Source of the DNA: a virus
Virus record (IMG/VR): IMGVR_UViG_3300032220_001356
Span: 1-64,000 of that record
Strand: one strand, 5' to 3'
Length of the DNA stretch: 64,000 nucleotides
Part shown: piece by piece, positions 16,471 through 25,104 of the stretch
Position numbering within the stretch: position 1 is the first letter of the stretch
Layout of the letters: each line of letters starts with the position of its first letter
Notes under the pieces: generated by a model
The model's input: only the letters and a program-made list of their open reading frames with translations
What the model was told of the DNA's origin: nothing
The model's database searches: none
Translations under genes and position numbers: made by a program

Positions 16471-17418
16471 ATGCTATTAAAAGAACAATACCAAGTATTG
16501 GTCAAATCTTTATTACCATATGCTCAAAAGCAACTTGGGTTTAATAAACCACCTGTTATTAATTTTCTGGATGATACAGAAAATTCATCAAACCCATTAG
16601 GTAAAACCGGATTTTATAAACCAGACGATAAATCTATCTCTGTTTTTATAACCAATCGCCACCCAAAAGACATATTACGTTCTGTTGCTCATGAATTAGT
16701 TCATTATCAACAGGATTGTGATGGTCGTTTAACTCAACATCTTGAAAAAGAGTTATACGACAAAAGGTATGCACAAAATAATCCAGATTTAAGAAAATTT
16801 GAAGAAGAAGCATATCTTAAAGGAAATATGATTTTTAGAGATTGGGAAGATAATTATAAAAACCAACCATTAACTATAAGGATTAACAACAAAATGAACG
16901 AATCTAAATTAAGAGCATACATCAAAAAAGCTTTAGCTGAAGTTCTCGCTGAAGCAAAGACAGAAAAAGAAGAAGAACAAAGACCAGAACCAAAGGTACG
17001 TGATAGTGCTAAAAAGTCTGAATTAAGCAAATACAAGATCGCAGAGGACACCGACACAGATAGTGTACCATTTAACGAGTGGAAGAATCAAGAGTTGTTT
17101 GGTCTTTTGTCAAACAAGTTTTTTGGACGTAATCTTACCGAAGCTGCAAAACCAGATTTTCTTGACTTAGATAAAGATGGTAACAAAAAAGAATCAATGA
17201 AACAAGCAGCAAAACAAGCCAAAGAAGAAAATGGCGAAGAAGACGAAGAAGAACAAGAGCTTGACGAAGCAAAACTTACTAAGCCAGAAACAAAAGAAAA
17301 AGAAAAAATTGTTAAAGGTATGAAAAAATCAAAAAAAGAATTTGATAAAAGATATCCCGGTAGAGGCGAAGAAGTTATGTATGCTACCGCAACCAAAATG
17401 GCACAAGAGAAAAAATAA
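16471..17418 (+). CDS. Zincin-like (HELVH) protein with internal leader repeat, EF-hand-like motif and acidic C-terminal modules
   Basis: RSVAHELVHYQQ...EEEAY; MNESKLRAYIKKALAEVLAE; DLDKDGN; VMYATATKMA. Confidence 0.72.
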   Translation: MLLKEQYQVLVKSLLPYAQKQLGFNKPPVINFLDDTENSSNPLGKTGFYKPDDKSISVFITNRHPKDILRSVAHELVHYQQDCDGRLTQHLEKELYDKRYAQNNPDLRKFEEEAYLKGNMIFRDWEDNYKNQPLTIRINNKMNESKLRAYIKKALAEVLAEAKTEKEEEQRPEPKVRDSAKKSELSKYKIAEDTDTDSVPFNEWKNQELFGLLSNKFFGRNLTEAAKPDFLDLDKDGNKKESMKQAAKQAKEENGEEDEEEQELDEAKLTKPETKEKEKIVKGMKKSKKEFDKRYPGRGEEVMYATATKMAQEKK

Positions 17419-17618
17419 TGAAATATAGTAAATTTTTAACACTTAAAGAACTTTGGGAAAACAAAAAACAACAATCTATCGAACTTCCTAAACAAGAACC
17501 AAAAGTCGAAACTGAAGAACCAGTAATTGAAACTATAACTCCTGTTGTTGAAGAAGTAAAGGATGAACCAGTTGTTGTTGTTCCAAAACCAAGCAAGAAG
17601 AAAACAACAAATGCCTAA
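17418..17618 (+). CDS. Hypothetical protein
   Basis: 66-aa Glu/Pro-rich ORF coupled to its neighbours. Confidence 0.6.
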   Translation: MKYSKFLTLKELWENKKQQSIELPKQEPKVETEEPVIETITPVVEEVKDEPVVVVPKPSKKKTTNA

Positions 17619-17901
17619 AAATACTTTTTTAAACAACATAACTTGGAATTTTTTTAAACTTGAAGAAAATGTTTCTCCAAGTGTTATGTCTTATCTTCAA
17701 TCGTTAACTGAAACTTTAAATTCATTACGTCCAAGTTCTACTTCTGACAAAAGAAGAATAGAGATTGCAAAAAGTCACTTGAAAGAAGTTAGACGACACG
17801 TTAATAAGTTAGAAGAACAAGTTTTTACATTAGAAGAAAAAGTAAAATTATTAGAAGAAACAAAAGAAAAAGAATCTGATATAATAGAAGAAAAGGAATA
17901 A
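17611..17901 (+). CDS. Hypothetical coiled-coil protein
   Basis: Heptad-like C-terminus; start moved to 17611 to reduce overlap. Confidence 0.62.
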   Translation: MPKNTFLNNITWNFFKLEENVSPSVMSYLQSLTETLNSLRPSSTSDKRRIEIAKSHLKEVRRHVNKLEEQVFTLEEKVKLLEETKEKESDIIEEKE

Positions 17902-17907
17902 TAATTT

Positions 17908-20900
17908 ATGTTGTTATTAGAGGGTGGTAATGTTTTTAAGTCTAAAGATGGAAAACCACTAACACAAAGAATCAATCAAGCCGATGTTACTCCAACCATA
18001 AGATGGTTAGAAAACATTTTAGGTATTGATTTATTAGACAACACCCTTGGAACAACTGGTAAAAATCCTACATCTGGTGATTTAGATATTGCTGTTAATC
18101 AAGAAGAAAATTCAAAAGAAGAAGTTTATAATGAATTAGTTTTATGGGTTTCTAAAAATATTCCAGATGCAAACATAAGAGAATACGTTGCTAAAACTGG
18201 TATAGAAGTACATTTTAGAACACCTATCAATGGAAATCCAGCAAATGGATATGTACAAACAGATTTGATGTTTGGAGATCCAGAATTTATGAAATGGGCT
18301 GCACAAGGCGAACCACCCGGAGAGTTTAAGGGACAACATAGACAAACTCTTCTTGCTTCTATTGCCAAATTTAGAGGCTATAAATGGTCTGGTTTTAATG
18401 GTTTAACTAATCGTCAAACAAATAAAAAAACAACAAATCCACAAGAAATAACTGATATTCTTCTTGGAACAGGACACAATCCAAGTGATTTAACTTCAAT
18501 TAATAAGATTTTAGATATTATTAAAAATGATCCAAACTACAACGAAATGGTTGCAGATGCTGTTGAAGCATTTCCAAAATATGGTGTTCAATTTCCTTTG
18601 TTAAACACAAAAAATAGAAAAGAAGTTCCAGTTGTATCATTACAAGAAGCAAACGTAAGTGATGGTCCAAGAATTCAACACGCAGAAGATTTGGTATTTT
18701 GGGAAGGTAGCAAGGGTGCTATCCGTGCTCTTGATGCACTTGCAAGTTTAGCAACAGAACAAGGACAGAAAGCAACATCATTGAAATGGGATGGTTCTCC
18801 CGCAGTAATATTTGGTCGTGATGAAAACGGACAATTTATATTTACAGATAAGAGTGGTTTTACTGCAAAAGGGTATGACGGAAAAGCAAAGACACCAGAA
18901 GAACTTGAAAACATTTTTGTTAATGTAAGAAAATTAAATAAAGGCAAAGAAGTAACACCAGATTACACAAATTTTGTTGGTAATCTAAAAAATGCATTTT
19001 TAGTTTTTGAGGCAGCAACTCCAAAAGATGTTCGTGGATACTTTTTTGGCGATTTACTTTATACTGAAACACCAAAGGTTGTTGATGGAAAGTTTATATT
19101 TAAGCCAAACATTGTTGAATACAAGATTGATGCAAGTAGCGATATTGGAAAAAGAATTGCACAAAGCAAGGTTGGTGTAGTAGTACATGGACAAGTAGAT
19201 TTTGAGGGCAACAAATTAAGTGTTAAAGATTACAATATTTTCCAAGGAACAGATTTATTAGTTGTTCCTCCTGTTCTTCCAAAAGAACCAGTAAAGATTG
19301 ATACAAAACAAATAAATTCAGCAAAAAGTAAAATTAGTTCTAATGCTTCTATGATTGATGATTTATTGAATAAAGAAACATTACGTTCATTAAAAATTTC
19401 TAATTTAGCAGAATTATTCTATACATACACAAACTCAAAAGTCGATACTGGACTTGATAATTTAGGACAAGACTTTATTGCTTGGTTGGATAATTCAAAA
19501 GCAACTGAAAATGCTAAACAAAGTATAAAAAACTATATTCAACAAAACAAACAAGGTTTTGATGCTCTATGGGATTGTGTCAAAACCATTATGAGTGTCA
19601 AAAACAATATTATTAGACAATTAGATTCACAAGATGCACCTGTCAAATCTTCTATTGGAACAATGGAAGGTGGCGAAGGATATGTAATTGCAAGTCCTGC
19701 TGGTTATATCAAATTGGTTGATAGAGAAGGTTTTACAAAAGCAAACAGAGCAGTTCAGAGAGAATCTTTAATTAGAGAACAAATGATGGAACAAAATACA
19801 ATTGCTTTATTCCCCGGCTCATTTAAGCCACCACACAAAGGCCATATGGCAGTTGTTTCTTATTTGGCGTCTATATACGACGAAGTAATAGTTTTGGTTT
19901 CTCAGCCCGTTGCAGCGCAATCAATTAGAAGTGATATAACAGGTCAACAAGCAGCAGATATTTTTAATATGTATATAGGCGATGCTAATTATGAAAATGC
20001 TGTTGCAATAAAATCAAATGTACCATCTCCAATAGGAGCAGTATACGATATTATTGAAAAGAAACAATTTGCTCCAAATACTAAAGTAGTTGTTGCTACA
20101 TCAACTAAAGATGCTGATAGATATCCACAAGCTAGTTTGGACAAAGCAGCAAACAAAAACCCATCTAAACCAATTGTTGCTAGCGTTACTATTCCTGCAA
20201 TTACAAGTGATACTGGTAAGCCATTTTCTGCAACTGATTTTAGAAATACTATTAATTCAGTTAGAAATGGTGAAGCAGACATTTCAGCATTATTTGAGTT
20301 TATGCCAGAGTTTGTCACAGACCAACAAAAACAAAAAATTGCAAATATTTTAGTTGGTACTTCCAAACAAATTGAATTAAATGAATTGCTTAACATAATT
20401 AATGAAATGGCTACAATGGCTGCTGGAGCAGTAGAAGGTGCTGCTGGCGGAATTGGACAACCCGTTAAAAGAAAAAAGAAAAAAGGAATTACACAAATGA
20501 ACGAAGAAGAAGCACAACTTAGACAAGTTATTAGAAACGCTATTCGTTTGCACAAAACTAATAAACTTCAAGAATTCAAGAAGTCCAAACTTGAAGAACA
20601 GCAATTAAGATATATTGTTAGAAAGCTTATTATGGAAGCTGGTGAAGACCAACCAATCCACGATAATACTGGTATTAACGTTCTTGAAGATTTGTTAAAG
20701 AAAATAATTCCTGTTATTCAAACTGATTATAAAATTATGACAACCTCTGAAACACAAAGACTTTCTTTCAGAGCACATATTCTTAACGCAATTCAAAATT
20801 CATTGAAACCAGAGTTGTACAGAAAGGAAGAAACTCCTCCCGGTGCTCCACAACTTCAAGAACAAAACAAGATAAAAATTGATCTTGAAGATAATGAATT

Positions 20901-21267
20901 AGATAAATCAAAATTTATTGATGTTTTTAATACGAAAGCAAAAGAGCAAGAAGAAGCAGATAAGTTTAATACACCAGAATCTAGATTATCAACCGGTTTA
21001 GAAAAAGAAAAACTTGATTCTACTGGAAGAAACATGGCTCTTCAAACTTTCAAGAAAATTGACAATTCAGTTATGGATGCGTATACTATTCTTGATGATT
21101 CAAAAGACAAAGACTTATTTTATGATTATTTGATTACAAATTTGAAATTATATTTTGATAAGTTTGAAGAAGAAATGATGGATATGCCAGAGACAGAACC
21201 ATCAACACCGGAATATGACGCAGAAAAACAAAAGAAAGAAGAAGAAGACGTACCAGTAGAGGTTTAA
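17908..21267 (+). CDS. Multidomain protein: Pol-beta-like nucleotidyltransferase, KxDG ligase-like (DUF6267-like) domain, HxGH cytidylyltransferase-like domain and helical C-terminus
   Basis: LGTTGKNPTSGDLDIAV; HAEDL...KWDGSPA...GDLLY...GEGYV...KLVDR; FPGSFKPPHKGH...SATDFR. Confidence 0.75.
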   Translation: MLLLEGGNVFKSKDGKPLTQRINQADVTPTIRWLENILGIDLLDNTLGTTGKNPTSGDLDIAVNQEENSKEEVYNELVLWVSKNIPDANIREYVAKTGIEVHFRTPINGNPANGYVQTDLMFGDPEFMKWAAQGEPPGEFKGQHRQTLLASIAKFRGYKWSGFNGLTNRQTNKKTTNPQEITDILLGTGHNPSDLTSINKILDIIKNDPNYNEMVADAVEAFPKYGVQFPLLNTKNRKEVPVVSLQEANVSDGPRIQHAEDLVFWEGSKGAIRALDALASLATEQGQKATSLKWDGSPAVIFGRDENGQFIFTDKSGFTAKGYDGKAKTPEELENIFVNVRKLNKGKEVTPDYTNFVGNLKNAFLVFEAATPKDVRGYFFGDLLYTETPKVVDGKFIFKPNIVEYKIDASSDIGKRIAQSKVGVVVHGQVDFEGNKLSVKDYNIFQGTDLLVVPPVLPKEPVKIDTKQINSAKSKISSNASMIDDLLNKETLRSLKISNLAELFYTYTNSKVDTGLDNLGQDFIAWLDNSKATENAKQSIKNYIQQNKQGFDALWDCVKTIMSVKNNIIRQLDSQDAPVKSSIGTMEGGEGYVIASPAGYIKLVDREGFTKANRAVQRESLIREQMMEQNTIALFPGSFKPPHKGHMAVVSYLASIYDEVIVLVSQPVAAQSIRSDITGQQAADIFNMYIGDANYENAVAIKSNVPSPIGAVYDIIEKKQFAPNTKVVVATSTKDADRYPQASLDKAANKNPSKPIVASVTIPAITSDTGKPFSATDFRNTINSVRNGEADISALFEFMPEFVTDQQKQKIANILVGTSKQIELNELLNIINEMATMAAGAVEGAAGGIGQPVKRKKKKGITQMNEEEAQLRQVIRNAIRLHKTNKLQEFKKSKLEEQQLRYIVRKLIMEAGEDQPIHDNTGINVLEDLLKKIIPVIQTDYKIMTTSETQRLSFRAHILNAIQNSLKPELYRKEETPPGAPQLQEQNKIKIDLEDNELDKSKFIDVFNTKAKEQEEADKFNTPESRLSTGLEKEKLDSTGRNMALQTFKKIDNSVMDAYTILDDSKDKDLFYDYLITNLKLYFDKFEEEMMDMPETEPSTPEYDAEKQKKEEEDVPVEV

Positions 21268-21645
21268 TTGATTCGTAATAGATTTTCTGAATATTCGTTT
21301 TCTAAATATTTAAGAAGTACAAATAAATCCTCTGACGAATTTGAGTTCATGTTGAATCAATTAACGTTGGAGGAAATTATTGCTCTTAAATTAGAAATCA
21401 GTTCAAGAGCAGTAAACGGAAAATTATATGGTTTTAATTTATGGAGACAAATACCAAAAATAGCAAAAGAAGGATTATTGCTTTTTGCTGTTTCTGCAAC
21501 AACCAATATTGTAGAAGCACAAACTTTGCTAGGTGTAACAGATATTGTGCAATTTAGACATATTCTTTATAGATACAAAGATGTATTAAAGTATTATAAT
21601 GTTACTGATTTAAAAGGTAGAAAGTACTTAAAAAATATTCTTTAA
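21268..21645 (+). CDS. Hypothetical protein
   Basis: 125-aa ORF, TTG start after GAGG. Confidence 0.65.
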   Translation: MIRNRFSEYSFSKYLRSTNKSSDEFEFMLNQLTLEEIIALKLEISSRAVNGKLYGFNLWRQIPKIAKEGLLLFAVSATTNIVEAQTLLGVTDIVQFRHILYRYKDVLKYYNVTDLKGRKYLKNIL

Positions 21646-21669
21646 TATATATATTTTAGGAGCTTAAAT

Positions 21670-22239
21670 ATGACAAAACCAATATTGCTACAAAAATTAG
21701 AATCTAAAGGTTACAAGGTATTTGATGGAAAATGGGATTTAAACATAATTGGTGTTCGTAAAAAAGAAGGTACACCAAATAAGTTTGATGATCGTATTTA
21801 TGTAATTTGTAAAAATGATAACAATGAGTGGCAAGAGTGGTCATGGTCTGCTACAACAGATCCCGGTACATATTGGCTTAAAGAATTAATGAACAAGCTT
21901 GGAACAGCAATCTTAAAAGAAGGACAATGGAGAGGGTGCTGGAAACTAGGTCTTCACAAAGGCGAAAAGCCAGCATTAGTTCAGATAAAGCCAGTTACCG
22001 TATATCGTGATAACGACAAAGATGCACAACACGATTTTAATCTGGGAGAAAGTACCGGATTATATGGTATAAATATTCACAGAGCAGGTAAGAATTCTAC
22101 AAATGTAGATAAGTGGTCTGCTGGTTGCCAAGTTTTTGCAAATGATGCAGATTTTGAAGAATTTTTGTCATTATGTAGAAAACAAGTATCTGCTGGTATT
22201 GGCGACGTATTTTCTTACACACTTTTGAAGGAAGAATAA
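21670..22239 (+). CDS. L,D-transpeptidase (YkuD)-like peptidoglycan enzyme
   Basis: GINIHRAG...WSAGCQV His/Cys motif. Confidence 0.7.
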   Translation: MTKPILLQKLESKGYKVFDGKWDLNIIGVRKKEGTPNKFDDRIYVICKNDNNEWQEWSWSATTDPGTYWLKELMNKLGTAILKEGQWRGCWKLGLHKGEKPALVQIKPVTVYRDNDKDAQHDFNLGESTGLYGINIHRAGKNSTNVDKWSAGCQVFANDADFEEFLSLCRKQVSAGIGDVFSYTLLKEE

Positions 22240-22243
22240 GTTA

Positions 22244-22951
22244 ATGTCTATTTCAGAACAACAAAGATATGTTATTGATTGCGTTGTCTCTATTTTTGAA
22301 ACTGGCAGAATACCAACTGCTGCTTCTTATGGAACTTGCTCCGTATTAAATGATGGTGCTGGTATTTCTTATGGAAAACATCAATGCACAGACAAAGCAG
22401 GTTCTTTGGATTTGGTTTGCAAACGATATATTGAGCTTGGTGGACAACAAGCAGAGCCATTAAAACAATATATGAATTATCTTGCTACAAACGCAAGTAC
22501 AAAATTCAATTCCGATACAGGTAAATATCCTGCTTGGCTTAATTCATTAATTAGCTTATTGAAGTCTGCTGGTTCAGATAAATTGATGCAACAAGCACAA
22601 GATGAAATATTCAATAAAAATTACTGGAATCCAGCAGTAGAACATTGCAAAAATATCGGTCTTACTACTGCTCTTGGACATTTGGTAATTTATGATACCT
22701 GTATTCACTCTGGACCCGGTAGAGTTTCTTCATTAAGAGCAAAGTTTCCAGAAAAATCACCAGCAAATGGTGGAGATGAAAAAGCTTGGGTTATTGCTTT
22801 CTTAAATACAAGAAGAGCTTGGCTTGCTTCCAGCTCAAATTCATTGGTACAAAAAACTACTTATAGAATTGATGCAATGCTTGAAATAGCAAAAGCAAAT
22901 AATTGGGACTTAAATACTCCAATGATTGTCAGAAAGGTAAAAATTGGATAA
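22244..22951 (+). CDS. Chitosanase (GH46)-like lysozyme-fold endolysin candidate
   Basis: SIFETG...YG...LNDGAGISYGKHQCT...AQD...YWNPA...YDTCIHSG. Confidence 0.72.
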   Translation: MSISEQQRYVIDCVVSIFETGRIPTAASYGTCSVLNDGAGISYGKHQCTDKAGSLDLVCKRYIELGGQQAEPLKQYMNYLATNASTKFNSDTGKYPAWLNSLISLLKSAGSDKLMQQAQDEIFNKNYWNPAVEHCKNIGLTTALGHLVIYDTCIHSGPGRVSSLRAKFPEKSPANGGDEKAWVIAFLNTRRAWLASSSNSLVQKTTYRIDAMLEIAKANNWDLNTPMIVRKVKIG

Positions 22952-23631
22952 TGAAAATTAGAATTTTATTAAATGAAGAACACAAGACTTATGGATATGG
23001 AAAAAATTATATTCCAAATGAAAGATTGGAAGAATTATTTAGATTTTTTCATTTAAGCTCAACACAACTTCATCAAAATTCTAAAACTTTTACTTTTAAT
23101 CCAAGAGTGCCAAAAAGTCCATACGAAGATGAAGAATTTCGTGTAATTGAAGATGATTTTACACCAAGAATATCATTAGCTACAAAAATTATGGATGCTG
23201 CTGATGCATTGGGTGCAAAAGAAAGCGATAAATATTATGTTTACGCTTGTGATATTGAATCTAGATTAGATGACGATATTGATGCAATACCATTGAATTT
23301 ACAATTCAAACAATGTCAACAAGATAACAAAGTAGATCCAGATTATGGAGAAGAATATAAATTTTCTAAATTTGTTAAAAAGTATAGAAACGAACTTGGT
23401 GTTCTAAATCCAGAAGATACTTATTTTTCTCCTAGGATGCTTCCAAATAAACTCAAAAAGAAATGGACCGCATGTGTACCAGACGCAGGTAGAACAAACG
23501 AATATTGGTCCATTAAAGATACAAAGATGTATTATATTGGAAGATATCAAGCTAATAATTCTTTTGTTCAATTGTCGTGGCAAGGAAAACAAATTATCAA
23601 TGCAATTGAAAAACAAGAATCATCTTCTTGA
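22951..23631 (+). CDS. Hypothetical protein starting MKIRILLNE
   Basis: Start moved to the TAATG overlap; PRVP...ED...PRISLA...VPDA...EYW. Confidence 0.7.
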   Translation: MKIRILLNEEHKTYGYGKNYIPNERLEELFRFFHLSSTQLHQNSKTFTFNPRVPKSPYEDEEFRVIEDDFTPRISLATKIMDAADALGAKESDKYYVYACDIESRLDDDIDAIPLNLQFKQCQQDNKVDPDYGEEYKFSKFVKKYRNELGVLNPEDTYFSPRMLPNKLKKKWTACVPDAGRTNEYWSIKDTKMYYIGRYQANNSFVQLSWQGKQIINAIEKQESSS

Positions 23632-23656
23632 CATTAAAGCGATATGTTGATATGAT
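23628..23656 (+). promoter_or_regulatory. Sigma70-like promoter
   Basis: TTGACA-N17-TATGAT. Confidence 0.7.
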
Positions 23657-23678
23657 TTGTATGTTCGCGGGAGAACAT

Positions 23679-23831
23679 ATGAGTGCTAAAGGATTTGATA
23701 AAACAAAATTCAAAGAAAAAGTAGCAAATCAAGTTCAAGAAGAACAAATCGAAGATTTAGTTCATCTTCAAGAAAAAAAGAAAAGACTAAATCGAACAGA
23801 ACTTTTTAAGAGAGTAGAAAATGAGTCGTAA
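23679..23831 (+). CDS. Hypothetical small protein
   Basis: ATG 23679 follows a GGGAG RBS downstream of the promoter. Confidence 0.6.
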   Translation: MSAKGFDKTKFKEKVANQVQEEQIEDLVHLQEKKKRLNRTELFKRVENES

Positions 23832-23913
23832 AGCCGCACATAGTCACGGAAGACGTAGACGCAAGCTTGGTTCTAAAAAACGTCGTGCTCGTCGTATGCG
23901 TAGCAAGAAATAA
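23821..23913 (+). CDS. 30-aa highly basic peptide (not in ORF track)
   Basis: Hand translation MSRKAAHSHGRRRRKLGSKKRRARRMRSKK; rich in CGT codons. Confidence 0.65.
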   Translation: MSRKAAHSHGRRRRKLGSKKRRARRMRSKK

Positions 23914-23952
23914 ATAAAATTATCCCTCTATTTATTATAGAGGGATAATAAT

Positions 23953-24165
23953 TTGATATACGTAATTGAAATTTTATCTGTTTCTGGCAAAGAAGTTATA
24001 AATGCATATAGAAAAGATTGTTTAGGTGTTGAATATAATGCTCTTTACAATTTTAATTCTACAGAAGAGGCTGTAAGAGCTATTAGAGATAAATGGAAAT
24101 TTCAAGGTATAATCAAAGTTCTAAAAGATGGTAATATAATAGGAGTTGTTGATGGTAGCGTATGA
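23953..24165 (+). CDS. Hypothetical protein
   Basis: TTG start after hairpin 23919-23949, which contains CTATTTA and the RBS. Confidence 0.55.
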   Translation: MIYVIEILSVSGKEVINAYRKDCLGVEYNALYNFNSTEEAVRAIRDKWKFQGIIKVLKDGNIIGVVDGSV

Positions 24166-24565
24166 TATCGTAGCTATATCTGGTGGCATGGACCCTGTTC
24201 ATAAAGGTCATGTTAGGATGATTCAAGAAGCAGCACAATTTGGCGAAGTTATAATTATTCTAAATTCTGACGAATGGCTTATGCGTAAAAAAGGTTTTAT
24301 TTTTATGTCATGGGAAGAAAGAGCAGAAATTCTTGAATCAATTAGGGGTGTAAAAAAAGTTGTTCGTGTTGATGATACAGATGGTTCTGTATGCGAAGCA
24401 CTTCGTAGAGAAAAGCCAACATATTTTGCAAATGGTGGTGATAGAACCGATAAGAATACTCCAGAAATGGATGTTTGTTCTGAATTAGGAATTACAATGT
24501 TGTGGGGCGTTGGTGGAGGTAAAATCCAATCTTCGTCTGAATTAGTCGCAAATATTCGTAAATAA
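24152..24565 (+). CDS. Cytidylyltransferase-like (HxGH) family protein (TagD/RibL/RfaE-II like)
   Basis: SGGMDPVHKGH, NSDEWL, ER, FANGGDR, KIQSSS; AGGAG RBS. Confidence 0.88.
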   Translation: MVAYDIVAISGGMDPVHKGHVRMIQEAAQFGEVIIILNSDEWLMRKKGFIFMSWEERAEILESIRGVKKVVRVDDTDGSVCEALRREKPTYFANGGDRTDKNTPEMDVCSELGITMLWGVGGGKIQSSSELVANIRK

Positions 24566-24694
24566 ATAACAAATTAATTTGTAAATTACCAATTTTACAT
24601 TGGTTTATGTGTTTTACACAAATAAAGTTTTTATATGTATTGACTATTTATACAGCCATGAATATAATTATATGGCTTTTACATGGAGAAAAAT

Positions 24695-24787
24695 ATGCTT
24701 AATTTAGTTTTTATGTTTCTTCTTGCTTGCTCTGGCAGCCAAGACGATAGTGCAGCTACCTCTGATAGCGCATCAGTAGCAGAATAA
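24695..24787 (+). CDS. 30-aa putative lipoprotein (not in ORF track)
   Basis: Hand translation MLNLVFMFLLACSGSQDDSAATSDSASVAE; lipobox LLAC; GGAG RBS. Confidence 0.62.
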   Translation: MLNLVFMFLLACSGSQDDSAATSDSASVAE

Positions 24788-24806
24788 TTTAGGAGTTTAA
24801 TATAAA

Positions 24807-25019
24807 ATGGTTTTCTTTATTTTGTCTTTTTTTGCTTGTTCTGGCGGTGAAGAACAAGAAGTTGTTGAAACGCCAACAGAGCAAACAACAGAAGTACAAG
24901 AAGTTGAAACAGAAACTCAAACTTCTTCTACCACCGAAGCACCAGCTACGGAAACCACCGAAGCTTCCGTAACCACAGCTACCGAAACACAAACCACTAC
25001 TACCACAACTCAACAATAG
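24807..25019 (+). CDS. Putative Thr/Glu-rich lipoprotein
   Basis: Lipobox-like FFAC-SG followed by a low-complexity Thr/Glu tail. Confidence 0.68.
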   Translation: MVFFILSFFACSGGEEQEVVETPTEQTTEVQEVETETQTSSTTEAPATETTEASVTTATETQTTTTTTQQ

Positions 25020-25104
25020 TAGTTATATTAAAAGTGTTGCCACCCGCGAACCCCAAGGGTGCTGTCTGGTGTGAGTCAGACCAACTTTTTAATATGAGGA
25101 TAAT

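Noticed and set aside
19989-20604. Minus-strand ORFs inside the 1119-aa gene and similar short antisense ORFs elsewhere
   Set aside because: They are fully nested opposite well-supported + strand genes and have no independent signals.
25031-25088. Canonical tRNA gene
   Set aside because: No D-arm, no 7-bp acceptor stem and no TTC T-loop; kept only as a possible structured RNA.
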